A DNA stretch of 64,000 nucleotides. It comes from Chlamydiales bacterium (GTDB lineage Bacteria; Chlamydiota; Chlamydiia; Chlamydiales; JAAZZY01). The notes under the pieces were generated by a model. That model worked only from the letters and a program-made list of their open reading frames with translations. It was not told the DNA's origin and searched no databases. Positions 63,551-64,000 of the stretch are shown piece by piece. The translations under genes were made by a program, and so were the position numbers. The DNA lies in NCBI GenBank assembly GCA_965206695.1, contig CBDBKM010000010.1:96001-160000 (forward strand). The letters run 5' to 3'. The stretch's first letter is position 1, and every line of letters begins with the position of its first letter.

Positions 63551-63932
63551 TGGCTTTTTCCCCTGTTTTTAAATAGTTGTAAAACGAAGGCCGGCTGATC
63601 GAGAAAATTTTACAGATTTCGTCAACGGTTAATTTACCTTCGTTATAATGGGCATTGAGTTTCTTAGTGTCATCGGCATTTAATAATGCAGGACGACCAC
63701 CAATTCGTCCACGCGCCCGTGCCGCCTTTAATCCCGCATTGGTTCTGTCACGAATTAAATCTCGCTCAAATTCGGCTAGCGCACTGAAAATATGGAAAAT
63801 CAGTTTCCCGCCGGTGCTGCCGGTATCAATATTTTCTTGCAAACTCGTGAAAGCTACTTTCTGCTTTTCAAGCACGATCATGGTATCAATTAAATGTTGC
63901 AGTGAGCGCCCTAATCGATCCAACTTCCATAT
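63543..63932 (-). pseudogene. Tn3-family serine resolvase, 5'-truncated
   Basis: WKLDRLGRS, LAEFERDLI, ARARGR.GGRP, HTH; in-frame stop just upstream of IWK, so the catalytic N-terminus is missing. Confidence 0.88.
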
Positions 63933-64000
63933 AAGTTACTGATATTGGCAGATAAAAAACTGCCTCCCCTGAATAAAATCTTAAAACAGGCACTTAACTA

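Noticed and set aside
3724..63942. Numerous 60-120 aa antisense or alternate-frame ORFs (e.g. 3724, 4728, 9567, 10536, 17128, 22398, 36185, 39879, 47969, 55507, 60661, 63655)
   Set aside because: They lie within well-supported genes or IS elements, have no recognisable motifs, and are best explained as shadow ORFs.

Overview
AT-rich bacterial chromosome, most likely from an environmental Chlamydiota symbiont. This is inferred from the gene orders nusB-murB near infC-rpmI-rplT and dnaB-small basic ORF-mnmG, and from a chlamydial DUF687-like protein. The genome is undergoing IS expansion and pseudogenisation. Core blocks are acnA/nusB-murB-PHP-folC (3-9 kb), tRNA-Val/thrS-like/infC-rpmI-rplT (46-49 kb) and mnmG/dnaB(intein)/tRNA-Ser/brnQ (54-61 kb). 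A ~34 kb accessory region (10.1-44.3 kb) lies between the 3' and 5' halves of a tnpB gene. It holds remnants of tyrosine-integrase element(s) at a tRNA-Tyr 3'-half att site, with a primase-helicase, a YeeABC + PD-(D/E)XK defence module and a lipase/lipoprotein pair. Nested in that att site is a 14.5 kb serine-recombinase element (SpoVG-like protein, primase-helicase, ori, type IC R-M). Its crossover site lies inside the recombinase gene, so excision would swap the enzyme's C-terminus. Other highlights: a strong CCGG excess with apparent directional CTGG/CCAG->CCGG substitutions in decaying genes, an intact but catalytically degenerate ThrRS paralogue, a 431-aa DnaB intein, and several MITEs. 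All calls are by eye; no searches were run.
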